Shown here: positions 50,584 through 62,191 of the stretch, piece after piece | How positions within the stretch are numbered: the first letter of the stretch is position 1 | Layout: each line of letters starts with the position of its first letter | Assembly: GCA_002633005.1 (NCBI GenBank) | Contig: NMRA01000567.1 | Span: forward strand, 208,778 to 272,777 | Direction of reading: 5' to 3' | Source: Phoronis australis | Taxonomy: Eukaryota; Animalia; Phoronida | DNA: 64,000 bases | Program-made: the position numbers and the translations under genes | The notes under the pieces: model-generated | Told to the model about the DNA's origin: nothing | Databases searched by the model: none | The model's input: the letters and a program-made list of their open reading frames with translations, nothing else

Positions 50584-53500
50584 GAATAAACAAACTCATC
50601 TCACAGTCATAAAACGTTTTGTGAAATAATTTTATGCACATCGCTAGATTTTTTCCACCGGGCCAGTATATTTCCGATTTGTCAAATAGTCAAATACTGC
50701 CACATCTATGGTAGTGCCTCTGCAAGCATCGATCCAGTGCCGGACGGTGGAACTGTCGTAGACGTAGCCTCGTAAGAGTTAGACTTAGGTCGGAAGCGCT
50801 ATCCGGGCTATACTTAGTAACTTAGGCTATTGCATCTGAATTTCGCTTACACGTACCGGAAGCTGAGACGAGCACACGAAGTAAATGGCGCTTTCTCTGA
50901 GAATTTCATAAGAAAACATAGGAGTTGCGAATATGCAGTGATCTATGCTGAAACATTACTTGTTTACAGACAAGGACAAGTACTGGAGGTCTCCGTCTCG
51001 TCTACGAACCGCACATTACCAAGTGTGCAGAGGCAATTTTAATTAACTTACAAATCTTAGCAAAGTTGTTCCAGGACAATGACAAGGTGACCGAACAAAG
51101 TTGCACATTCAAACAAAATTCGTTATTTTCTGGTAAAAAAGTCTGAAAAACACAAGAAATTTTTAAAGATATTAACAGACTGATGTAAATTCATGGAAAT
51201 AGAAAACTGAGAGGTTAACGCCATCTGGCGGACGTCGCAATTTCAAATAAACACCCGTACAGCATTAATGCGACGCCACAGAAACATCACTGGCCAACTA
51301 AATGGTTTGCTTTTTGTTGGTTGAAAACGTTGAATTCCCAACAGATCGGCAAAATGTAGAAAAGATCTGGTCGGCCAACACGCCGCCGTGGCCTCCGGTT
51401 GCAAAACTAACAGTGAGCTTTCTGAGTGTAAAGAAATCTTCAGTGACTCGTGCCAACTCACATCAATATTGAGAACAATAGAAACCGTGACGTTTATCAG
51501 GCATTGGAATGACCAATGGCAAAAAAGAGGAAATTTTTCCAAGTGATGTATTGTTCTATAAATAGGCTTGTGGACTCTGTTTCGGCCGGGAAATGTTTTG
51601 TGTTGTAAAATTTAACTGAAATTATGATAAAAAGAGATGAAAACAAAAATTTTGACCAATACGTCCTTAGCTCAAACTTTCAAAGCATTCTGTAAGTATC
51701 CGAGTGTAAGTGCATAGACAGATTTAGGGGGGCAGTGGGCTGCCCCCCCCCCTCCCCCCCACTGGCTGCCGCCAAAAAATAAAACAGGAAGAGAGCAAGA
51801 GCATGAAGAAATATTGAATGCGGTTGCATTTGGATCACTGAGAAGGATCGAGGTCCACATTCTCAGAATGAGTCCGGCCTGATGTAGTCCTTGACGCGAT
51901 TACCCGAAACAAAGTGTTGTTGCCCCCCCCCCCTCTTATGGTATCCTGGATCTGCCACGTTAATGAGTTAGTTGTTTTTCAGTCTCTGCAAATGACCATT
52001 AATTACCGCGTATTTAACTGAATTGTTTTTGTGGGACCTCGAATGTTGAAAAAATTGGGACTCAGTGACACGGAGGTTACAAGCCTTTTTGGAATTAGGC
52101 GAGTCTGTAATTTTTCTGTCAGTGAGTCATTCGGTGCTCGCTGTGGCATCACTGTTAATTGAAATCATTTTGCTCTTGTACTTTAAATAATGTGGTTCAG
52201 CGGCCAAAAGCAGATTCCGGCCGTTGGTGACTGACTTTGTTTGAGAGTTTCTACATGAGAGCCCGCAAAGTGAGTTGTACACGTAACATGCAATAAATCT
52301 GATATCTGGAACAGAGTCCCTTTGTGGTACAGCTCGAATGCCAGCTAAATCAATTTTGGAAATTCTTTTTTGGTTTCTCGATCAGTGAGAGCCATTTTCT
52401 GCCGTGGGCCACTCGATTCTCAATGTGGCAAAAAATCATTTTGTCAGGGTACAACTGATATACACTTTTAGCTCAGCAGCAATCGGTCGGTGGTCGACAA
52501 TTTCGGGAGTTTCTGGCGGACCCAACACCGTGACCCAGCCTCAGTAGTGCACATTGTCTGCCCTACGTCCGTCATTTAGTGGCCAGATGCATATACTGCC
52601 ATCCCGGCTGTGGGTTTTGTGGTACTGAGGCATACTAGATCCATTTTGGGGTCTGTTACGACATCTAGTTGCCATCGAAATAAATTGTTGCCCAGCCAAT
52701 GCGTATCTGCGTCATTTCGAATTTGCAATGGTTGGCAACGCCTAATAAACTCTGAAACATTTTTTGAGTCGCCTATGGTTTCGATATGATAACAATTGGA
52801 AACCAAGCCCTATACCGTGAGGATTATCTTAGGGGCATCTTCACATTGAGGAAATGCAGGATCAATATCTTGCTCAAAACTCAATGACATTATTGCAGCA
52901 ACCAGTAACTTAACCCACAACCCGTGACCAAAACTATAAGCATTTTTAACACTAACCAACATAGGCACTGTTGACGGCATGAGACCATCGTGATTTATCA
53001 GCAAATTAAGCAACCCAACTTTATGTAGAATGAACAGCTTAACTACTATAGGGTCTCTCTCAAGTTCAGGGGCGGATCTAGGATTTTGAGTTGGGGTAGG
53101 TCAGAGTATTAGCCAGCCGAGGAGTTTGCCCGTCAAACATTCGCAACCCCTAACTGCCAAATGGGATATGGAATAATTTTAGCAATCTCCAACACCACCC
53201 ACCCACCCCACGACCCCCCCCCCCTCCAAATCCGTCACTGCTCTTCAATGTGTGTTCTTGGGGTGGACAAGTATTTCATTTTTCAGGTGTTAACTTAAGT
53301 ATAGGTTAAGGAGCAAAATGCCTCTGGCTTTGAACAAGAAGCACAAAATACATGAAACTGTCATTTCAAAACTTCATTTGAACTTTGAAATTCTAGGATT
53401 AGTTAAAAGTTAACATATGCTTGCGTGGCCAAATTTTACGACAACCCTACGTCTATCCACAAACAGCACAAGTTAAACAGACAGACACCAGGCAGTAGTC

Positions 53501-53852
53501 ACATATAATTGAACTAGTGCTACAACCAGCAAAAAGCATTCTAGATTCACACTTGCTGTTTTCATCACAGCCTCTACTTACGACAAAAACAAACAGTGCA
53601 GTTACTGGAGAAATATTTTAGACTAAAAGCAATTGCAGGTTTTCACCAATGCTGGCATACTCTTTGTAAAATAGAAGATTTCTCTGATCTGCAGAAGGCG
53701 CAACTGAGTGTTCTCTTACCAGTGTTTTTTATGGATTAGTAATCATTTTGTCAAAGAAGTACATAGATAGCATGGCTCTATCGCGTCTCACCAACGTGTC
53801 CTTTTGTATGTTTAATAAGAGAATCATCAAGCTTAAACCCTTTCCAGAGATC

Positions 53853-54962
53853 TCACAGTCTCTCATCATTATGTATGCCTTTGTGGCGAGCTAGACTATT
53901 ACTTGATGCAAAAAATTTCTGGCACACAGAACAGTATGGTCTCTCATTGGCGTGTGTTTTTGTGTGTGCAGATAATTCATAGTTTCGTCTATAAGACTTT
54001 CCACATACAGCACAGGAGTATAATCTCTCACCAGTGTGTGCTCTTGTGTGCCTAGCTAGATTACCACTATGCGCAAAAGACTTTCCACATATATCACAAG
54101 TATATGGTTTTTCCCCAGTGTGCATTCGTATGTGATTAATTAGCAAACTGTTCCAATCAAAACACTTTCCACAGACATCACAGGTGTATAGCCGCTTCTC
54201 AGTGTGTGTTCTTGTGTGTATAACTAGCTCACCACTTGAAACAAAAGATCTTCCACAGGTAGCACACCTGTATGTTTTTTCACCGCTGTGTGTTCTTATG
54301 TGTTTAATAAGAGTACTGTTTGCCTTATAACCTTTACCACAGATGGCACAAGTGTATAGTGTCTCATCACTCACTGTTCTTGTGTGGTTAGTTGGATTAC
54401 AAATTTTACTTGCTACAAAATATTTTCTGTAGATAGCACAACAGTATGGTCCTTCACTAGCATTGGCATTCTTTGCAGAGGACTTTCCACAAACAATGCA
54501 AGTGTATGGCTTTACTCCACTGTGTGTTCTTAAATGCAACATCAGGCTGTGCCTCGCCTTTAATCTCTTGTCACATTCAATATTACACTGGTATTGCTTA
54601 TCACTAAATTTGTCATTAACTGTTGTAGATTCATTAGGTACACTCCCAGTGTTACTGCCTACACCAGTGTACTCATCACATTCCAGCTTGAACTCTGCAG
54701 GCACAAATATATTATTGCCCACAGAGCAGTCTACGTCATCATAACCACCTTGGTATCCAGTAGCCTCCTGTTTGATATAACCGCTACCTTTACTCTGTTC
54801 TCTTGCACTGCCATCAGCATCAACTCCATTACATTCTAGGCAATGGTCCGCATCCTGGCTGTTAGCTTGTTGTTCCTCACTCTTCTTCGCTAAATCTTTG
54901 TAACTCAGCTCATCAAGGAGTTCTTGTTTTATCATTAACCCACAGCATCTTTCCTTGTTCAT
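53853..54962 (-). CDS. C2H2 zinc-finger protein, ~7 intact plus 2 degenerate fingers (paralog D)
   Basis: 369-aa ORF after the acceptor at 54974-54975; same N-terminus as paralog C; HTGEKPY linkers. Confidence 0.87.
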   Translation of the reverse strand: MNKERCCGLMIKQELLDELSYKDLAKKSEEQQANSQDADHCLECNGVDADGSAREQSKGSGYIKQEATGYQGGYDDVDCSVGNNIFVPAEFKLECDEYTGVGSNTGSVPNESTTVNDKFSDKQYQCNIECDKRLKARHSLMLHLRTHSGVKPYTCIVCGKSSAKNANASEGPYCCAIYRKYFVASKICNPTNHTRTVSDETLYTCAICGKGYKANSTLIKHIRTHSGEKTYRCATCGRSFVSSGELVIHTRTHTEKRLYTCDVCGKCFDWNSLLINHIRMHTGEKPYTCDICGKSFAHSGNLARHTRAHTGERLYSCAVCGKSYRRNYELSAHTKTHANERPYCSVCQKFFASSNSLARHKGIHNDERL

Positions 54963-55537
54963 GGTGAACGTTCCTAAAAAGAAATATTGATGTATAAATC
55001 ATCCATTATAAAATGGTGGGCATGTATTCAACTTAGCAATGCAGAGCATTGAAATGCGCCCACAGCTGCTTCTAGTGGTGTTTATTTCCAGCATAAAAAT
55101 GGTCATTAAATGGCACAGAATACAATAAACCTATCCAAAAATGAGAAGTTGTTGTCATCTCAAAAATATCTGCCTAATTTCATGAAAATCTGTCAAAGAA
55201 CTCCAAAGATACAAAGGCAAACAAAAAACAAACTGCCATTAGGAACCACAGCATTGAGTTCATGATAGGGGATCGACGAAATGTAGATTGAATAGATGTA
55301 CTAGCCTTGAATACACAAGATAGGATTTAATTCTCCTCCAGTTGGCAATGAGTTCATTAAAATGGAATTGAATATATATTTTGATGTTTTTTGCATAAAC
55401 GGCCACCCATAGCTAAGTCCCACTCACTGTGGTACTGTCAAGCAAATGCTCTGAGTAGAGTAATTATGCCACACACTAGCAAGCTACCTATAGCACGTGA
55501 TGGAAAATATTAACACATAGTCAATTAATGATGTGGG

Positions 55538-55850
55538 CAGTGTTCGAATTTCAGCAAATAAATAAGCCGGCCCGCCAGGCCAGTTAGCCTAATAACTTAC
55601 TGGCCCGGCTGCAAGATGCTGGTCCTGCTTTTAACATCCTAACTACGGTTATTCCAATCTTTTCCATTTACACTAAATGCGCATGTGCCTGATTTATTAC
55701 TGACTCGTTGGCGTTCAAGAGGTGAGAGGCAAAAAATATATGACACCACGTCATCATAAGCCCATATCTTAAAGTTTTAAAAGTTACGGCAGGCCTAGCC
55801 GCAAATTTGCTGGCACTGGGCCACTGAGCCAACGTGTATTTTGAACGCTG
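55538..55850. mobile_element. hAT-like MITE
   Basis: TIR CAGTGTTCGAA / TTTGAACGCTG; 8-bp flanks GATGTGGG / GATGTGAT. Confidence 0.65.
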
Positions 55851-56587
55851 GATGTGATTATATTTGGTGATATTTAAGTGAAGCTTGCTTTTTAACTTTT
55901 TAAGTTCATCACAACTCTATTTGCAGTCACCTTGTAATGAGACTTAAATCAATCTGTAGCATGCTCAACTGTGAACGGTACATTTTTTTGCAAATGATAC
56001 CTACCTTGCAATCCTGGTTTTAATTGTAACAAAGACAAGTGACAGATGACGATTTCAAAACAGTACGCTTGTGACAACTCATGAGCCATTTGCTTGTTTT
56101 TTTGGTTTGGCAAAGTGACATTTTTGGGGGATGATGACAACTTCGCTAAAGCAAACTTTCCTCAGATTTCTATTTACTGGGTAATAAAGTACGCAGTAGC
56201 TCCTAATGAAGTGCATCCACTTCTAGTAATTTGTTGAGAACTGAGTGCAATCTTGTGAAAAGGAACAGTGAATGGAAAATCAGCAGAAACAGAAATTGGC
56301 CAACAGATGACGCTTACCGTATATAATTTCATGGCACTTAAAGCACAGGTGTCCTCAGCTTCTGATCGCACCTAAAACACTACATACTACATATTAGTGT
56401 ATTCGGGATGATCTGAAGCTCAGGTCGCCTGTGACTCAAAGATAACACATATGATCACTCCACAAACTTAAATGCAAACCGACTAATGACATGAACTTTT
56501 TGTGGTGGCAGTATAACCACTCAAGGAACAGTACTTTTTAGTCAGATATTGACTTCATACACTAATTTTATTCAACTCGCTTTTTAT

Positions 56588-58207
56588 CTAGACAGTGATC
56601 ACCATCTGTAGCTGGCCCAGTAGAGACAGTGGAGCTTCATATGCCGGAAGCTTTTCACCAAATTATGACTCACACTGACTAAAACATCAGTCACGTTATA
56701 AATACTTTTTGTACATCCAGGGACACCTTAGGAAGTCGTCAATGTAAATATTTATAACAAAGAGACTTAAATTTTATGTTTTAGTCAGTGTGAGGCATAA
56801 TTCGTTGAAAAGCTTCCGGCGTATGAAAGTCCTGTAGGAGCTCCACCGTTTCTACTGAGCCAGCTGGCCCCGGTGATCACTACTTAATTTTTATCCAGAT
56901 CCATAATCCATTATGGCTAGCTTTCAACACTGGACAGTGACCACCATCCTACTGGCACATAAGACGGTGGAGCTCCTAGAATAGAGGTGCTTCACACACT
57001 GGACAGTGACCACCGTCCTACTGGCACACAAGACGTTGGAGCTCCTAGAGTAGAGGTGCTACATACACTAGAAGCTTTTCGGCGAATTATGCCTTGCACT
57101 GACTGAAACATCAAAGTCACATTGTTATAAAAACCTTTTGCACATAGAGGCCATTGATGTAATTATGCAATCCCTTCCAACTCGAACATATACTCCCGTT
57201 ACCAAACTTTTTCTTCAAGCAGTCCCTTGTTCAGTTCCCTAAAATCGGTAACTCACCATTTCTCGCTGGTTCCCTGCATGCCCAATCAGCACGCAGGTAT
57301 CACACAGTAGCACTCGCTTTATCAATGGTTGATGAAACCTGGGAAGTCATTGGTTAGCTTTACAACAAAGTGAGAAAATGGTGGACTAACAAACAGTTTT
57401 TAGCCTTGTCAAATGTCGTAGCAGCAACTATTTCGTTTCTGCAGTAATGTTTAATAACCGCATGTTTGAAGCACACACACGTACAAAAAGGATTGCTCTG
57501 AAACCCCCTCGACAATAAACATGCCGTCATCTACCCGGTTTAAATAGTGTGCCATTCCTACTATGTGAATACAGGACAGCAACGTAAACAAAAGTCAGTG
57601 ACACTACAAAGATGCACTCAGAAATGGCGCAACCACAATTTATGAACTCACATTTCTTGAACATGCATTTTAAGCACCGATTTGTCTGTACAACAGCCAG
57701 ACCACATTTACACTTCCTTCAGTCATGCTAGTTTGTTTGTGTAAAGCGCTGTCTGTTAAGAATTCGACCAGTCAATCAGAAACGCCAGTGTAAAAAAATT
57801 TCCAATGAAAATTAAGTGCGTGCTGGCTACCACTTAGTGGCAAGCAGGGAACCAGCGAGCTCATCATTTAACACTGCGTGCACCAAGTGGTGTGGCGTCA
57901 TATCCCCTGGCGCGCGCAGTGTTAAACATGGTGAGTTATCGATTTTGGGAACTGAACGAGGGACTGCTCGAAGAAAAATTTTGATAACGGGAGTATTGGT
58001 TTGAGTTGGATTAAGGAATTAAATACATCGACGACCTCCTCAAGGTGTCCCGGCCTCTATGCACAAAAGGTATTTATAACAACGTAGCAATGACGTTTAG
58101 CAAGGCATAATTCGCCGAAAATCTTCCGGGGTATGAAGTGTCATATAGGAGCTTCACAGTCTCTACTGAAGAGCCAATGAGATAGAGAGACTGTGGTCAC
58201 TGTCTAT
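56588..58207. repeat. Nested inverted-repeat (foldback) structure
   Basis: Unit A forward 56588-56740, reverse 56745-56882, forward 56930-57152 (with a ~70-bp tandem duplication); unit B 57176-57296; spacer; B reverse 57817-58010; A reverse 58030-58207. Confidence 0.8.
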
Positions 58208-58377
58208 TAGCAACATCCTGACGTAGGCAACACGTAGCCCCTCGGTTGGCCTGTATGCCTGCGGCATGCAGGACGATGTAATTGCCTACAGGCTACACCA
58301 GATGTCTATCAGTGGTAATGTATGGGCAGCGAAAAGGTTCAAAATAGACAACACTACCAAATAAACAAGTTAGTTTT

Positions 58378-58652
58378 CAAACAGACAGGCTATTTCTTGG
58401 TTGGTTCAGTTTTGGCAAACAGACAGGTTATTTGGTTAAATTTCGACAGACAGATTATTTGGTTAAATTTCGACAAACAGACAGGTTATTTAGCGAACGA
58501 ACAAGTTAGTTGCGCCGAACAGACAGGTTACTCGGGCCGAACGAACAGGTTACTTGTCGAACGAACAGGTCACTTCTACCAAACAGACAGGTTACTCATC
58601 GAATGAACATGTTGGTTTTGCCAAACAGACGTAGTAGTCGAACAGACAGGAC
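58378..58652 (+). repeat. ~22-24-bp minisatellite
   Basis: ~11 degenerate copies of AACAGACAGGTTA(C/T)T. Confidence 0.75.
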
Positions 58653-58919
58653 AGATGGCGCTGTTCCAACTCAAGACGGTTGACGTCACGAAGTCATGAG
58701 CTCCGCAATGAGCACAAAAATTCCAAAAAGTTGTTATTGGTGGTCTGTTGCAGTGAACACTGAATTTCGTTCATAGGACTGTTCTCAATTTGTCATCGAC
58801 CATTCTTAAATAAATTTATGGAATCGTGATACGTTGCTTGTTTAAACCAATCTGCTGATTAAAAGTAAATGGTAGATTGAACTGTTTCACGACCACGTAC
58901 ATAAACAGTATTCAAAGAT

Positions 58920-59939
58920 TCTCCGGTCGTTGCTATGGTGATCGGCAACCGAGATGCGACAAACTTTGGTGTAACTTTTCGAAAATATTTATAAGTTTTA
59001 CACGACCCAGATTTTGGGGCGTCAGCAGTACAACTATGATATGCAAGACGTTCCAACCTGTTACATGAGTTTACTCAGGCGGTGGAAATCAGAATATTAG
59101 TCTTACATCTCTTCGCGAGTATCACAATATCAAATCTGGTTGCCAATCCGTGAACATAAGTTGTGGTGACATCGTTCTTATCAGTGACGAAAATACCCAC
59201 GTGTCATGTGGTATATGGGAAAAGTGGAAAAACTCAATCGCGGTATGATGATGGACATGTGCGTTCTGTGGTTCTGCAAAACGAAAAACGGACTAACCCG
59301 GCAGTAGACCCATTAAGAAACTTTACCCTTTGGAAACGTCAGCATAAACTGCACGATACGGACCACGGACTCTATATAACTTACTCGATTGTGACTTATA
59401 TATTTTGTTTATTATTCCTATTGTCTTGTTTCACATTTGTTTGCTGTTTTATTTCAGTATTGCCTTATTTTATGTTTGCCTGATTTATTTATCGTTTCGA
59501 CCATTTCCCGTTATTTTCACCATTTTTCGCGCCCGGGGAGAATATTGGAATGTGTTTATGACAGATTTTCATGGTTTATTAGCTTAGGTATTTCCTGTAC
59601 ATGTTCAGTTTAAAGTTATTATTGCTACCTCTTGACATATAATTACAAATCATCCCAGCCCAAGCTAATCTTTCCCATTGGTTAGTTTTGTATTTGGCAC
59701 ACATTCTGATTGGTCGAATAGGTTCACTTGTATGTTATATGTTATATCTTAATACTATAACACCAGAAACTTTTAATACATCATAGCGAAAAAGTATTTT
59801 TCTCAACGAACCACCTCGGATTTTATCCTTCGTGTACAATAAAAACCCACATTTTCCGAACCTCAACATCCCCAGGGATTATAAAACAGACAGTTGAGTG
59901 TCCGTATTGTTTCTAGCCATTCGAGCAACGCAGAATACA
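58920..59939 (+). mobile_element. BEL/Pao LTR retrotransposon remnant (integrase C-terminus, PPT, probable 3' LTR)
   Basis: Frameshifted WKSEY..SLREYH..GDIVLISDEN..DGHVRSVVL..RPIKKLYPLE (to 59335); purine tract CCCGGGGAGAA at 59532; LTR-like 59543-59939 with AATAAA and CA end. Confidence 0.8.
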
Positions 59940-60663
59940 ACCAGTATGCCGATAAGCCATCAGAGCTGTCGTAGCGAGCCTCGTTTTTGAACGCGACTCC
60001 TGTCTATACGCACCAAGAGTTGGACAAACTACGTAACTTTTCAGTGATCCTGTTATGACAGGAATCTTCATTTGAACACAAAACACGCAAATAACTTTTT
60101 TAACGTATTTGCCTTTTTGATTTTAATTGAGACACAGTCCGGTTTCCTGCGCCTGTATCATGCATGTTGTGCCCTAGTTATAAGTAAAGTTAAGTTGTGT
60201 TAGTCTCGAAATTCTTCTGTGATAAAAACGAAGTAAACTCTCAGAAAAAGGCAGTCTCACGGTTTAAGTATATACTCTGAGTAGCAGAACATTTGAAACT
60301 ACCTAACATAGTGGGCACGTACCCATTTCAGTCTTGGGCACCACAGCCTGATTGGAAAATGAAAAAGTGTTCTGTCGCACTGTTTTTTGAGGAGTTCTTA
60401 AGCAATCGCGTCACTGTCTTTTTATGGCCCGTTCAATAGCAGCAGCGGCTGCGAATTTCATAGGAATTTCAGGCGGTCTGGGATTAAACAAAATACTGCA
60501 CTACGGCCATCATTTATAATAAAAGCGTTGGACGAGAACCAATTTGGACGAATTTTCAAAGGAAGTGAGGCAGTAATGCAACCAGGTACCGCATTACTGG
60601 GAGCCTAAACACGACTCCCGTTTGGAACACCAGAGTTAGTAACTTAAAAGATTTAAGTTTTAC

Positions 60664-62191
60664 CTGATCTTGGAAAATTGAATAGAATTATTGTGACATG
60701 AGTATCCAGTTCCTCATCTGATATGTTGGAGTATTCGCTTCTGATGTTGAAGTGTCGCAATCGTCTCTTAACGGTGCTGACACTAACACCCATCATCTTA
60801 GAGATATCCAGAGCTGTCCAGTGAAATTGTGCGCTGTAAAATTACATACAATGTATGGCGGATGAGCTCTGCAAGTTATTTTAGAGTCAGACTGATCCAC
60901 TATTTATGAAGTACACTTCATTTCTAACAGAATCTGATAACAGGTTTTAATTTTCCGATTATGAAATACATTATACACGTGCATATTGTCCATGTTTACT
61001 GTATTCAACTGTCTTTGTCATAGTCGAAGGTAGGTATACATAGTTTTTCTTCAGTGCTTTTTTGAAAATGATATCCACCAATTCATGCCCATAAAATTTG
61101 GATTATAGTTTAAAGTGCAAAACTGTTTTTGATAAGTTGGCTACAGAAACTTTAGACAACGGCACATTTAGTGCACCTGTTTATCTAATTGAATTCGACA
61201 ATACACCTACAGCTGGCTTCAATTTAATCAAGAAGCAGTCAGATAGATCATGTTTTGGGGATTTTGCGCAGTGTTTTTGCATTCTCTACTGGTTATTGAC
61301 CACCCAAACTGAGAGGCGCCTGTAATTAATGATACTTTGAGTGCTGTTTCGTAGAGTAAAAATCATTGAAGTAAAGATTGGCACAGCTTATAAAATGTAG
61401 CAGAACAGTCGACAATAGTACAATCAACTAAAATAAAATGAGTTAATTTGCCTTATTTCATGACTCGAATTCATACGAGTAACAAAACTATCAAAACAAT
61501 CGAAGTTGGTAATGTGCGTAAAGCTTGAACAGGATGTGCCAAGGTAAGTCATTTGCGGACCAGGGCGGCTATTGTCCACGAGGCCTAATAGGTAGTGCCA
61601 CTGTACATTTTTTCCTGACCACTGCAAACCTGAGGGTGAAGGTACACGAAACAATACTGACCAAATGATGAAATCCTCCGCCCCGTTACTAATGATGAGA
61701 CTTTACGCACACCGCCACACGACGTCAGGAAGCCGAAATACCCATCGAGAGGATACCTATAGGGCAAAATACATGCTCAAGATCACGGCCCATGTTCAAT
61801 ACCAATTACGCCCATGCCACAGGAGTTACAGCTGCCGGGACACTTCCCATAAATCGACGCAGCCGATACCTATGAGGACTCACCTTTGAAAAAACAGAGT
61901 TGTTCTTCCGTTATGTCAAACTTCGGCCTTCCAACATGACTAGTGATTTCAAGTGGGGGAGAGGGTGTTTCAGTGGATTCGGCTACTGGTGTTCCAAGGT
62001 TTGCCAACACTTCTCTGATAGCATTTAATTCCATCACAAAATGATCGGGCACATTAGCGTCCTCAATCATTCTCTGCAAGATTTCCTCTAACTGATATTC
62101 AACTTTGTATTGCATAGCAATGAGACTATTTTCTCGAATACAATTTAACACGAAGGCAAGTGCACGGATATATTCTTCCATCTTCAAAACC
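60664..62191 (-). mobile_element. Intron-split IS3EU-like transposase 5' fragment (decayed)
   Basis: Exon 62181-61884 ends GRPKFDITEEQLCFFK then gtgag. Exon 60833-60664 encodes HTH ALDISKMMGVSVSTVKRRLRHFNIRSEYSNISDEELDTHVTIILFNFPRSG with a frameshift near its start. No DDE core visible. Confidence 0.7.

Noticed and set aside
52576-53013. Two adjacent minus-strand ORFs
   Set aside because: No recognisable motif, non-ATG starts, no clear splice structure
58378-58652. CRISPR-like periodicity
   Set aside because: Eukaryotic context and degenerate repeats without unique spacers; it is a minisatellite
60571-60599. Palindrome CAGTAATGC-AACCAGGTACC-GCATTACTG resembling the 19-bp element core
   Set aside because: Different arms and no flanking direct repeat, so relatedness is unsupported
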